64,000 nucleotides of DNA from Pseudomonadota bacterium (GTDB lineage Bacteria; Bdellovibrionota_B; Oligoflexia; Oligoflexales; CAIMVM01). A program made the position numbers and the translations under genes. The notes under the pieces were generated by a model. That model was not told the origin of the DNA and did no database searches. It saw only the letters and a program-made list of their open reading frames with translations. This document shows, one piece after another, positions 43,023-52,031 of the stretch (its first letter is position 1; each line of letters begins with the position of its first letter). The DNA lies in NCBI GenBank assembly GCA_037142195.1, contig JBAXBA010000007.1, positions 1 through 64,000 on the forward strand, in the 5' to 3' direction.

Positions 43023-43298
43023 TTAACATGACGATTTATAATTAGATGCTCTGCGACCAGAAACAATGGAATCAACAGAAAGATCTTCATCTAAATCTTC
43101 CCAGTGAATTCCCGTGCCGCTACCAAGCAACCTAAAATTTCCGAGCTGCTTTTTTGTAGCTTTAGCAAGGCGAGGATAAAACTCAAGTGGCGTTTTGACT
43201 TTGCGCCCATCATCTAAAACGAGACAAATCATATCATCTGTGAAGCTCACTTCAACAGCTACAGACTCTCTATCAATTTTTAATGCCGAAGTAGTCAT
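43023..43298 (-). CDS. DUF2442 protein (putative antitoxin)
   Basis: LDDGR...PLEFYPRL...GIHWEDLDEDLS. Confidence 0.88.
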   Translation of the reverse strand: MTTSALKIDRESVAVEVSFTDDMICLVLDDGRKVKTPLEFYPRLAKATKKQLGNFRLLGSGTGIHWEDLDEDLSVDSIVSGRRASNYKSSC

Positions 43299-43513
43299 AC
43301 AATTCTTTCCTAATTTGATCGCTATTGACTTCCAAAATCGTTCGAGCTTTCTTTAGGTCTTTCGCCTTCATTTTATAGCTCGAGTCTAACGCGATGGGGT
43401 TCATCCAAAATTTTGCCAGGCCGTCACCATATTCAATATGCACATGAACCGCTTTTTCCATCAGCACTATAGAAAAAAATGCGAAACCCATCTTTTGTAG
43501 GTACTGTCGGCAT
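43273..43513 (-). pseudogene. DUF4160 protein (putative toxin), frameshifted
   Basis: MPTV..KDGFRIFFYS in one frame, HVHIEYGDGLAKFW in another. Confidence 0.78.
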
Positions 43514-43909
43514 GACAACTCTTCATCGGATGTTATTATATCCAGAATCACAACTCATTTTAAATTAAATTTCAACTAAAGAGAAACTAAATCGCTATTC
43601 GCACGCTATCACTTAACTAGGAGTCCAATATTCTATACAACTCAGCAACCAGCACATATTTAAGCAACTATTTAATCAATTGCGATACTTGAAGCTGGTT
43701 CAGAAATGTAAATAGCCATCAAAAATTGAGCACGCAACCAGATTTTGCTTAATTATTGCCGCGCGCCTCTTCAAACCATTTATTAGAATTGTTGATGAAA
43801 TTTGATTTAAAGGCCCATAGAATTAAAATTGTTGGCGCGGTTGGCAATATCTATTGAGGAACAAGCCAATCATGAAACACAATCGTCGTAATCATGGCGT
43901 CAACTTTGA

Positions 43910-44254
43910 TTAATGATTTGATATCAACACATCTTCCTCCTCATGGCGTTTTATAATTCTTGATACAATTCCTTTGGCCCAACGTTTGCCACCTCGGATT
44001 AGAATTTTTTGGTCGTTAAGTGTGTTGGCAATGGCTGAGCATCCTTTACCAGTTTGCCAGAGACTTTGAATTTGAAGGACGACTTTATATTCCTTTGGTT
44101 CCTTTACAGGCCTTCCCTCCAGGTAGGCGGAGCCATATGGGTCGGCACCATGCGCCAAATCAATTCATTTTATCGCTTGTTTACCGAAAATTCGTTTATT
44201 CAGGTCAAAATTATCTGGTTCGGAGCAGTGCGACTTATTTTTAAGGACAACTAG
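43910..44254 (-). pseudogene. Isolated serine-recombinase DNA-binding (recombinase) domain remnant
   Basis: PYG...EYKVV...G.GCSAIANTLN...RGGKRW...VSRII; no catalytic domain; 5' limit approximate. Confidence 0.6.
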
Positions 44255-44291
44255 ACAGGCGTGTTTGAAGTGGCTCCTTCCTACCATTTTC

Positions 44292-45680
44292 TCATTTCAA
44301 CCGTTTCCACTTCTCCCATTCTGACGGCCTTATACGGAATCGTGCAAAGTTTCCGTCGTGCAAAGTATCGACTTCGTTTGTTGTGATTTTGGAGAATTGC
44401 TCGACGTCAGAAAGTGTTACGTTATTTTTGAGTGACCAATCCAAAAGGCCTTTCGAATCCAGCGCGCCTCTCACTATCATTCCAACGGCTTGAATAAGCT
44501 GCTCACGATAGCGAGCGCGAAACGGATCTGGTTGCCCTATTTGTGTGCGCAAGGCTCGGTACAATAGGGCCGATTTTTCATATGCCCAAACAAAAAGCTC
44601 TTCGAGTGGTTCAGTTCTTTGAAATTCATAGACCGCAAGCATGGCATCTACGTATGCATCTTCTGGAACATCCGTAAACGACAATGGATAAAGGTTCGAA
44701 CGTATAAGGGGAATGTTTGCGACCAAGCGAGATGTACGTTTATTTACATCAATAAATGGTTGCAGGTAAGGCAGATGTACCATTATAAAAAATGCTTGCT
44801 CAAAAGGCTCCTTAATTGCCGCAGCCTTTTGAATCAAGACTTCGAAAAGCTCTTCGATGGCCCAACGATTTGACAATGGAATGTAGACAGATCCTCCAAT
44901 GGCAACTGCTTCTTTACGCAACGCGCCAGAAAGTTCAGGGGGGTCAAGAAGGTTGTCGGAGAGAATTGCATGGATATTTCGAATCGTCATGGCATTCATG
45001 CCGGTTTCAAAAGCAGAATCGACAATGAACTCGATAGCCGATTTGTGATTCAGGATCATCTGTGTATCTTGGGCATCTTTCCCTTGTGCAATGATTCCTT
45101 TTTCGATGAGCCGCTGCGTGTCCAGAAAAGTATAGGTGTTCCCTTCCAGTCTCGAAGAATTCCACGAAAGTTCGATAAGAAGTCGACTTAGTACTTGTTT
45201 TGCATAAGTCCCCGCAGGTGCCTGTTCGTTTGGGCTAATAGCAGTTCCAATGGTATGCAATCGGACAAGATTATTTTTGCTCAGATACGTTGATATATTT
45301 GGAATGTAGCTTTCAAGAAATTCACGTATGTAGCCCACAGGAGTTCGTGATGTGATTGTTTGGTGCAGGAGTCCTCTAATTTCTGCGGATGTTTTCGAGA
45401 ATGAAATGACATTTTGATTTTGGTTTGAAAGTTCCTTTGAAATCTCTGGAGGCGCTAGGCGATCGGTGGACTCTCGAGCTTCAACAAGCAGGTACTCTGT
45501 TCTTTTGCCTCTCCCTTCGACCGTGATGCTACCTTGGCTAACAAGAACACTAATATGTCGCAGAAGCGTCGACCGAGTTTCGCCTGGCTTCAAGATAGCG
45601 GAAAGAGTGGCTCGGCCACCGCAATTTTTGAGTCTGTCTGCAACATCCCTGAGCGCATTATTTGATATGATTCGACTCAT
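44292..45680 (-). CDS. Fic family protein with N-terminal wHTH
   Basis: SSRLEGN inhibitory-helix motif and YLQPFIDVNKRTSR Fic-variant motif. Confidence 0.9.
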   Translation of the reverse strand: MSRIISNNALRDVADRLKNCGGRATLSAILKPGETRSTLLRHISVLVSQGSITVEGRGKRTEYLLVEARESTDRLAPPEISKELSNQNQNVISFSKTSAEIRGLLHQTITSRTPVGYIREFLESYIPNISTYLSKNNLVRLHTIGTAISPNEQAPAGTYAKQVLSRLLIELSWNSSRLEGNTYTFLDTQRLIEKGIIAQGKDAQDTQMILNHKSAIEFIVDSAFETGMNAMTIRNIHAILSDNLLDPPELSGALRKEAVAIGGSVYIPLSNRWAIEELFEVLIQKAAAIKEPFEQAFFIMVHLPYLQPFIDVNKRTSRLVANIPLIRSNLYPLSFTDVPEDAYVDAMLAVYEFQRTEPLEELFVWAYEKSALLYRALRTQIGQPDPFRARYREQLIQAVGMIVRGALDSKGLLDWSLKNNVTLSDVEQFSKITTNEVDTLHDGNFARFRIRPSEWEKWKRLK

Positions 45681-45699
45681 TTATCCCTCATAAAATAAC

Positions 45700-45769
45700 G
45701 ATTCGAAGCATTATATCATATTTTTAGGTATTTATAGCGCTTCGAAGCAAGAAATAACGCTTCGAAGCG
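45700..45769. promoter_or_regulatory. Three GCTTCGAAGC-type palindromes upstream of the Fic gene
   Basis: GATTCGAAGC at 45700; GCTTCGAAGC at 45739 and 45759. Confidence 0.6.
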
Positions 45770-45804
45770 ATGTGTCTAGGAAGTCCGCTGGGTAAGAAAG
45801 TCAA

Positions 45805-46005
45805 GCCCGGCAGCAACTCCGAATTGTTTATACATTCATAATCGAAAATTCATTTAGTCAATTTTAGATTGTCCGAATTGGGTGCGCGGCCACCAGTACG
45901 AAGTCTAGGCGAACCACGGACCGATTGTGTACCGTCGAGACCGTCCGAAAATATAGATGGGATTGTAGATTTAAAATGCAAGGCCCGGGGAATGACTCCG
46001 GAGCC
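45805..46005 (+). repeat. ~200-bp repeat, blocks in order B-A, with att-like CCACCA junction at 45890-45895
   Basis: Permuted copy of 42769-42968. Confidence 0.85.
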
Positions 46006-46014
46006 TTTTTGCTT
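45980..46014 (+). terminator. Probable intrinsic terminator
   Basis: AAGGCCCGGGG-AATGA-CTCCGGAGCCTT followed by a T-rich tract. Confidence 0.55.
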
Positions 46015-46400
46015 TGGGGCGCTGGCAGAACTGGCTCTACATCTTTGGCAGTCACATAGAGGGTTTTCCGTCCTTGAGGGGGTGTAAACTAAGGATTCAG
46101 TAAGGGGCCCTGCGAGCTGCCATGGTATTCTATTGCTTTGCCACTCAATGTTCGTTTAGTAATTGTTTAAATGGTTTGAGTTGACGCATTGCTCCAAGTT
46201 TAGAGCATAAGATTTCTCAAGCGCTCTAGTTTTAAATTATAATTCATGGTTTTATACTTTTGAGCATTTTTACTTTTTCAAATTATAGTGGAACATTAGA
46301 ATTGTATTTCTATTAAAATAGCCATTTAGATTTTCATCGCTGTAATCAACTGCATGAAGAGAGAACTCCAAAGAGATTTACTTAAAAAGGGCTGTTAATA

Positions 46401-46859
46401 ATGAATATGAAGCAATGGAAAACCTATACTATGATGAAGCTTATAGGCTTCTGGCCTCCCTACTTCGGCACTGGAATAAGCGTGTCCCATTTTTCACCAG
46501 ATTTGACGGAGATAGACGTGGAAATGCGTTTGAGGCCGTGGAATCGAAACTATATGGGGACTCACTTTGGTGGATCAATTTATGCTATGGTAGATCCCTT
46601 CTTAATGCTCATGTTGATACATCAGCTTGGTCCCAATTATGTCGTTTGGGATAAATCTGCACTTATAAAATTCAAAAAACCAGGACTTGGAAGAATTTAT
46701 GCACAATTCAGACTCTCTGTTTCGGAAGTGAATCAAATCAAGAAAAATCTAGAGACGACTCGTAAAATAGAACCCGTTTTCCAGGTCTTAATAAAGAATG
46801 ACCTGGGAGAGATCGTTTCTGAAGTTGAGAAAGTTCTATACATTAGAAACAAAAACTAA
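46401..46859 (+). CDS. Hotdog-fold thioesterase (DUF4442/YiiD-like)
   Basis: NRNYMGTHFGGSIYAMVDPF...VVWDK...FKKPG. Confidence 0.88.
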   Translation: MNMKQWKTYTMMKLIGFWPPYFGTGISVSHFSPDLTEIDVEMRLRPWNRNYMGTHFGGSIYAMVDPFLMLMLIHQLGPNYVVWDKSALIKFKKPGLGRIYAQFRLSVSEVNQIKKNLETTRKIEPVFQVLIKNDLGEIVSEVEKVLYIRNKN

Positions 46860-46988
46860 ATAAATTAGCACTAGAGAAATTCAACTCTCAAACATAGAAC
46901 AAACTGCCCCAAAGTTCGCAATAATGAATTCTTACAACAAGGATTTGTGGCAAAGGCATCCCGATCTTTCGATTGCAGTAACTGCGAG

Positions 46989-47432
46989 TTAGTTGGCCTG
47001 TTTTAATTCCTTTTCTAATGCAGACAATAGATACTTGGCATCGGAAGCGCTAATGTTGCACTCAGTCATGTCTTCCATCGTAATAGCCGTTAGCGCCTCT
47101 TTTTGAATGACCCATTTTTCACCAAATTTGCGGAGAATGATGTACTTCGGTGAGCTTTGGCGCACATCTCGTTCTTCCCTTCCGTGGAGTGTTGTGATGG
47201 ATGCAAGCGCCGAATCTCCCTTGTAAACAATTGTATTCCCGTAAGGGTTATAGTTTGCAGATAGGACGAAATAGATGTCTCTTTCAGTGGAATCCGTTTC
47301 CCTAAAACCACCCTTTTGCTGGGATTCATCCGCTAAGGCTTGGGACGAACTAGCGCCTTCTCCTTTGTGTAATGGAGAATTGCAGGCGCTTAATACGATT
47401 CCCATTAAAATTGTAAAACAAACTCTCTTCAT
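46989..47432 (-). CDS. Hypothetical lipoprotein
   Basis: Lipobox LSAC; GAGGAG RBS. Confidence 0.7.
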   Translation of the reverse strand: MKRVCFTILMGIVLSACNSPLHKGEGASSSQALADESQQKGGFRETDSTERDIYFVLSANYNPYGNTIVYKGDSALASITTLHGREERDVRQSSPKYIILRKFGEKWVIQKEALTAITMEDMTECNISASDAKYLLSALEKELKQAN

Positions 47433-47468
47433 CGAAAATCTCCTCGATATTTGGAATTTAAAGCGATG

Positions 47469-48914
47469 TCAAAGCGTTTTCAGGAGCTCTCGGTGCGCCT
47501 GAATGCCTTGACGAAAACGTTCGACCCATAGTTTTTCCCCCAAGAGAATATCTTCTCCAGCCCACTGAATAGAATGGGGGATGTCTTGACGCGCGAGTGC
47601 CCAAACGCCGAGGACTGTGCAACTTCGTCCATTTCCGTCGCCAAAAGGATGAATTGTAATACATCGCCTAACCATTCGCGCTATCGCGGCTATTTTGTCA
47701 TTTTCGTTCTTGGCAGCAGCTAGCTCGCTAGTAAATTGAACGTTCATTTTTTCCAACATTGCCGATACTTGGATTCCAGATGGATAGTAGATGAATTTTC
47801 CGGTAACCATTTTTCCGTAGGCATTTTTAAAAGGGGTCGTGATTTCGTGAACACTCAGATAGCCGTCATTTGCGAGGTCATTGGCGGCACCGAGCTGCTG
47901 GGGGGTCAAAGGTACTGAGTGCATCACTTCGTGACCGCTTCCCCGAAATTCGCCACTGATGTTACTGACGAGTTTTTTGTTGATCGTACGGAGTATTGCA
48001 AGAAGAGGATATTTCTTTTCGTCGCGAATCGGATCCAACAAATGAGTTCCTCTAGGCATCGGCGCGAGGCCTCCTCGGGCGGGAGATGAGTAGGCTGAAG
48101 TGACGGCAGACCCTAACCTTTCGAATGAGTCATCCCCATATTTAAAAATGTCACCAGATATGAAACTTTCTTTACCCATTCCTAAGGGTGAAACAGCCCT
48201 CAAGAGCCACTGCTTGTATTTGCTTGCGTTGCTAGAAAAGACTCCACCAGCGACTTGGCTATAGTCTGCTGAGATAGCAATTTTTTGCAGGAGGGCGGCC
48301 CTATGAGTCTCATCTACCGATTTCGTGAATTGGGCGGCCAACGGTAGCGAAGCTAATACGTTCTCAGATGTCAGGCCAGATGGGCGAGGTCGTGGGGAAG
48401 CTCTAATTATCAAATACGTTGGGCGGAGGTCATTTTTGCCCATGACGACGAGTCTTCTCGGCGCGCCAGCCGTTTCTGGCAGAAGCCTTTTCCCAACTTT
48501 GGCAACGGCTTTAATAAGCTTTGCGATCTGCTGCGGACTTGTCAGCCCTATGGCTACGCTTTCACTGCCGTTAGAAGTGTTGTTGGGCACCAACGCAGAT
48601 GCTTGTTCTCCTAGCTCAGGAGAGCAGGGCTCCACTTCGAGAGCGCTGATCCATTCTCCTAGTTCTGAGTCACTTATGCTAGTTTCGCCATTCCATTCGC
48701 CAGAAACTTCATTCTTTAAGCAAACCAAATCGGGAAGTTGATCATAGTTATCGAAGTACCCGACATCATTTGAAGAGATACTTTCCGTTTGTGACGGGTC
48801 TAGGTTTGAGTGAGATGCTTTGCATGAAAGCCCAAAGAATATGGTCGCTAATAGCGTGAAGCTCAGCGTTGATGAAAAAAAATGTATGCGAAATTTTGAG
48901 AAGACAGGGTTCAA
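47469..48914 (-). CDS. Fic-domain protein with predicted lipoprotein signal
   Basis: Hydrophobic N-terminus ending GLSC; C-terminal HPFGDGNGRSCT. Confidence 0.8.
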   Translation of the reverse strand: MNPVFSKFRIHFFSSTLSFTLLATIFFGLSCKASHSNLDPSQTESISSNDVGYFDNYDQLPDLVCLKNEVSGEWNGETSISDSELGEWISALEVEPCSPELGEQASALVPNNTSNGSESVAIGLTSPQQIAKLIKAVAKVGKRLLPETAGAPRRLVVMGKNDLRPTYLIIRASPRPRPSGLTSENVLASLPLAAQFTKSVDETHRAALLQKIAISADYSQVAGGVFSSNASKYKQWLLRAVSPLGMGKESFISGDIFKYGDDSFERLGSAVTSAYSSPARGGLAPMPRGTHLLDPIRDEKKYPLLAILRTINKKLVSNISGEFRGSGHEVMHSVPLTPQQLGAANDLANDGYLSVHEITTPFKNAYGKMVTGKFIYYPSGIQVSAMLEKMNVQFTSELAAAKNENDKIAAIARMVRRCITIHPFGDGNGRSCTVLGVWALARQDIPHSIQWAGEDILLGEKLWVERFRQGIQAHRELLKTL

Positions 48915-49294
48915 GAGATCTCCAATTTTCTGTATTCTGACTAGATTGAGCTCCGATAAGCTTTAGAATCCATCATCACACAAAATAAGCCCCAGCAAAT
49001 AGGCAAAATAGGCTTCTTTTGCCAAGGTAGCATTCCTTCGCCCACAATGAGCCTCATGGGAAGGTTTCTGTGGTCTTCCTTTTTAATCATAAGGGTTTTA
49101 GCTAGTTGAAAAATTCAAAATCATCATTTGCTACAGACGGCCTTGTAAAATCCTGGAGTGCTTAAAATTCCTTAGAGAATTTCACCTTTGTCCTTAATTA
49201 TATAGAGTTGGCCTTATGTCCCCTTTACAAAAAAGCTTTTGTGGGTAAAAAGTTTCCCAGTTGGACATCAAAGGTAGTGTATTTACAATAGTAG

Positions 49295-50887
49295 TTGCAG
49301 ATCAAATTGGTACTGTGCCATTTTGACGGCTGGCATCGTGTCGAGATGCCATGCTATACCTCAGGTAAGAGGGAACGGCGTCTCAAACTCACGAGGAATA
49401 ACAAAATCATAGATAGCAAATTATTTCGAGTAACGCTTATGTATCTCATGGGAACAGCAGGATGTGGCGTGGACGGCTTGGATCATACTTCTTCAATTTC
49501 TGGAATCGGCCTTAACTCACGCTTGAGTCGAGATCGCGTTGGAGTCAATACTCATCGCCCCATGGGTGACGATGCTCGGTTCCTCTTCGGCAAAGCAAAA
49601 GAATTGGGATTGGGCTGGGTTCGCATTGATGTAAGCTGGGACGATATTGAAATTGCAAAAGGGCAATACAACTGGAATCGCTCTGATGAGCCCATCAAAG
49701 AAGCAGCTTCTCGGGGCTTAAAAATTCTTGCAAATTTACATGGGACACCTAAGTGGGCCAATAATGGAAACGATTCAGTCGTCATTCCTAATCGTACTGA
49801 GGATTGGGAAGACTTTTGTGACAAGGCATCCCGGCGCTACGACGGCGCTTCCGAGGGACTCCCGCGAATCGAGGTGTTTGGCATATGGAATGAGCCGGAC
49901 GGGAGTGGGCTTAAAGAGAAGCCCAACGATTCAGGGCATAGCAATCCTCAAGTCTATGTGGATCGGATTCTAAAGCCCTGCGCAAATGCTATTCGTCTAG
50001 CGCGTCCTGACGCTAAAACTGCTGGACCAGAATTAGCTTCGGAAACAGATTACCTAAAAAAAATAGTTGCATCTGCGGGTCAAAGTCTAGATATCATCAC
50101 GATACATAAATACAGTGAAGACCCCAATCGCGTCATGTCTCACATGGACAGTGTTCGTTCTATTGTGGAAGGTTCATCTTCTACCAAAGGGAAAGCAATC
50201 TGGCTAACAGAAACAGGATGGTCGAAACCATCTAAGTCTAAATGCTGGTTTCCAGTTGTTGACGACAAAACTCAAGCTGCAAAATCAAGATCTCTGCTTA
50301 GCCTTATCGAAAGCAAGGGTTGGATTCAAAAAGTCTTTTTCTATGAACTTCGTGATGACGACGGAGAAGGCGCATGCCAATGGGGAATGTTGCGCAGCAA
50401 TGGGAGTGAAAAACCTTGGTTTGGGGAACTGAAAAGCTATTTGCAAAAACAACCATCCCCGGATCCCGGCCCAGATCATCCTCCTTCGAAAGTCCCCAAC
50501 GGTTCGTATCGCTCCACTTGCCGAAATGAGCGCATCGCAGATGGCGCCCTATTAGCGGATTGCAAAGACAAGAGAGGCAAATACATCTCTTCCAAGTTAG
50601 CTCCCTATCAGCCATGTTCAGACATTCGAAACGATAACGGCAGACTGGTTTGCGTTCCAGTGGGAGAGATACCTTCCTCGCAGCCGCTTCCTCCAATTCC
50701 CGACAATCATGAAGGAAGTCCGCCATGGGGGTCGTATCGAAATTCCTGCCATAACGAAGAAATTCGCAATGGAGTCTTGTATGAAAAATGCCAAAATCGG
50801 GAAGGGAGTTGGAACGATACCCAGTTGGAATCCTATGGGCAATGCAGGGACATTCTCAATGACAATGGCAATCTCAAATGCAACTGA
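49295..50887 (+). CDS. Clan GH-A glycoside hydrolase (GH5/GH39-like) with two CVNH-like Cys repeats
   Basis: WVRID..W, GTPKWA, IWNEPD, WLTETGW; two GSYRxxC...C...C.DI.NDNG.L.C repeats; true start uncertain. Confidence 0.82.
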   Translation: MQIKLVLCHFDGWHRVEMPCYTSGKRERRLKLTRNNKIIDSKLFRVTLMYLMGTAGCGVDGLDHTSSISGIGLNSRLSRDRVGVNTHRPMGDDARFLFGKAKELGLGWVRIDVSWDDIEIAKGQYNWNRSDEPIKEAASRGLKILANLHGTPKWANNGNDSVVIPNRTEDWEDFCDKASRRYDGASEGLPRIEVFGIWNEPDGSGLKEKPNDSGHSNPQVYVDRILKPCANAIRLARPDAKTAGPELASETDYLKKIVASAGQSLDIITIHKYSEDPNRVMSHMDSVRSIVEGSSSTKGKAIWLTETGWSKPSKSKCWFPVVDDKTQAAKSRSLLSLIESKGWIQKVFFYELRDDDGEGACQWGMLRSNGSEKPWFGELKSYLQKQPSPDPGPDHPPSKVPNGSYRSTCRNERIADGALLADCKDKRGKYISSKLAPYQPCSDIRNDNGRLVCVPVGEIPSSQPLPPIPDNHEGSPPWGSYRNSCHNEEIRNGVLYEKCQNREGSWNDTQLESYGQCRDILNDNGNLKCN

Positions 50888-50982
50888 TGCGATTGGAATC
50901 TTGGCAATTTAAATTGTAAATTTTAGTTACTATCATAATTAGGAAAAGAATTTGAGCCACTTCTGGAAGGGGTCATAGGAAG

Positions 50983-51812
50983 CTATAAGTTTTTTTTCAC
51001 CCATGAAGCCAGGTGGTTATCCGCCTTTTCATCAATGCGTACAAAAATGCTTTGCATGATGCCTGGGTGAAAACTGCTCGCCACACCCCAGATCGTCAAT
51101 TCATTGCCGATTTTAAACCATAACGGCCACCCGAATCCCCAGGGCAGAGAGCGGGGCCAGTAACTTGAACATCACCCATCATGGACTTTGAATTTGATTT
51201 TATATAGAGAAATTTTCCTATTTCCATTTGTGGAAATGTTCCCTCTCCTGCAATTGTAGCTGAAACAGTGGTCATTTCTGAAGCTCGTTCGCCTTGCATC
51301 AATTGTCCTTCGGAGACAAACATTTCTGTACACCCATATCCGGAAATGGCGAAAGTTTGCAATCCAGGATTTTGACCCCCAAAAACTTTAGCAATAGGAA
51401 CAGCAGGAGTCTGGTCAGCTATTTTTATCACAGCCACATCTAACGTCTCATGACGAGCTACCGCGATGATTCGCGTAGAAAGGGTCCAAGGTGAGTGATG
51501 TGGAATTTTTTGGGCAATGGTAATCTTTCCTCCTACTTTCCATTCTCCATTAACCACACAATGCCTTGCGGTTACAAATGAGTTAGTAGAAAGTTTAGTT
51601 CCAGTACAAGCACCTTCAAAAGACTGCACAAAATCTGCACTAGATGGCGGATTATCATTAGTTTTCTGTCCCAGTAACACAGCTGCTGCATGTCCAGATT
51701 CCGCTTTAGCCCCTACCCCGACAGCAAATGGAGTCGACTCTATAGGGCCTGAACCTGGTCGGCAGCCGCACAAGAGGAGGCAAACTAAAAAAAGTCTATT
51801 CATTGTAGTCAT
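50983..51812 (-). pseudogene. Trypsin-like serine protease lipoprotein with a 1-nt frameshift after GDSGG
   Basis: LCGC lipobox, TARHC, DVAVI, GDSGG; alternative frame continues PLWFKIGNELTIWGVASS...SWVKKNL. Confidence 0.8.
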
Positions 51813-52031
51813 ATTTTAAAGCACTCCTTAATGTTTCGAAATATTCAATCATTGCAGCAACTCAAGATAAACAAGAATTCTTTAGATGGCAAGGTAGTGG
51901 ATTCAAATCTACTAAACTACTTCCTTGCAGGTAGAACTAATAGTTAATGGGTTGAGCAAGCATGAAAAATCGATATTTTGAAGACAATGAAAAACAGATA
52001 ACATAAGTTGATCCTTTTGTTTTAGCCGCAT

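Noticed and set aside
45890..45895. This junction as the attR of the main element
   Set aside because: Only a 6-bp match and no inverted arm; 42743-42774 has the 10-bp core and perfect 14-bp arm
45864..46055. 63-aa ORF as a functional gene
   Set aside because: It lies over the repeat and is better explained as a remnant of an integrase 3' end
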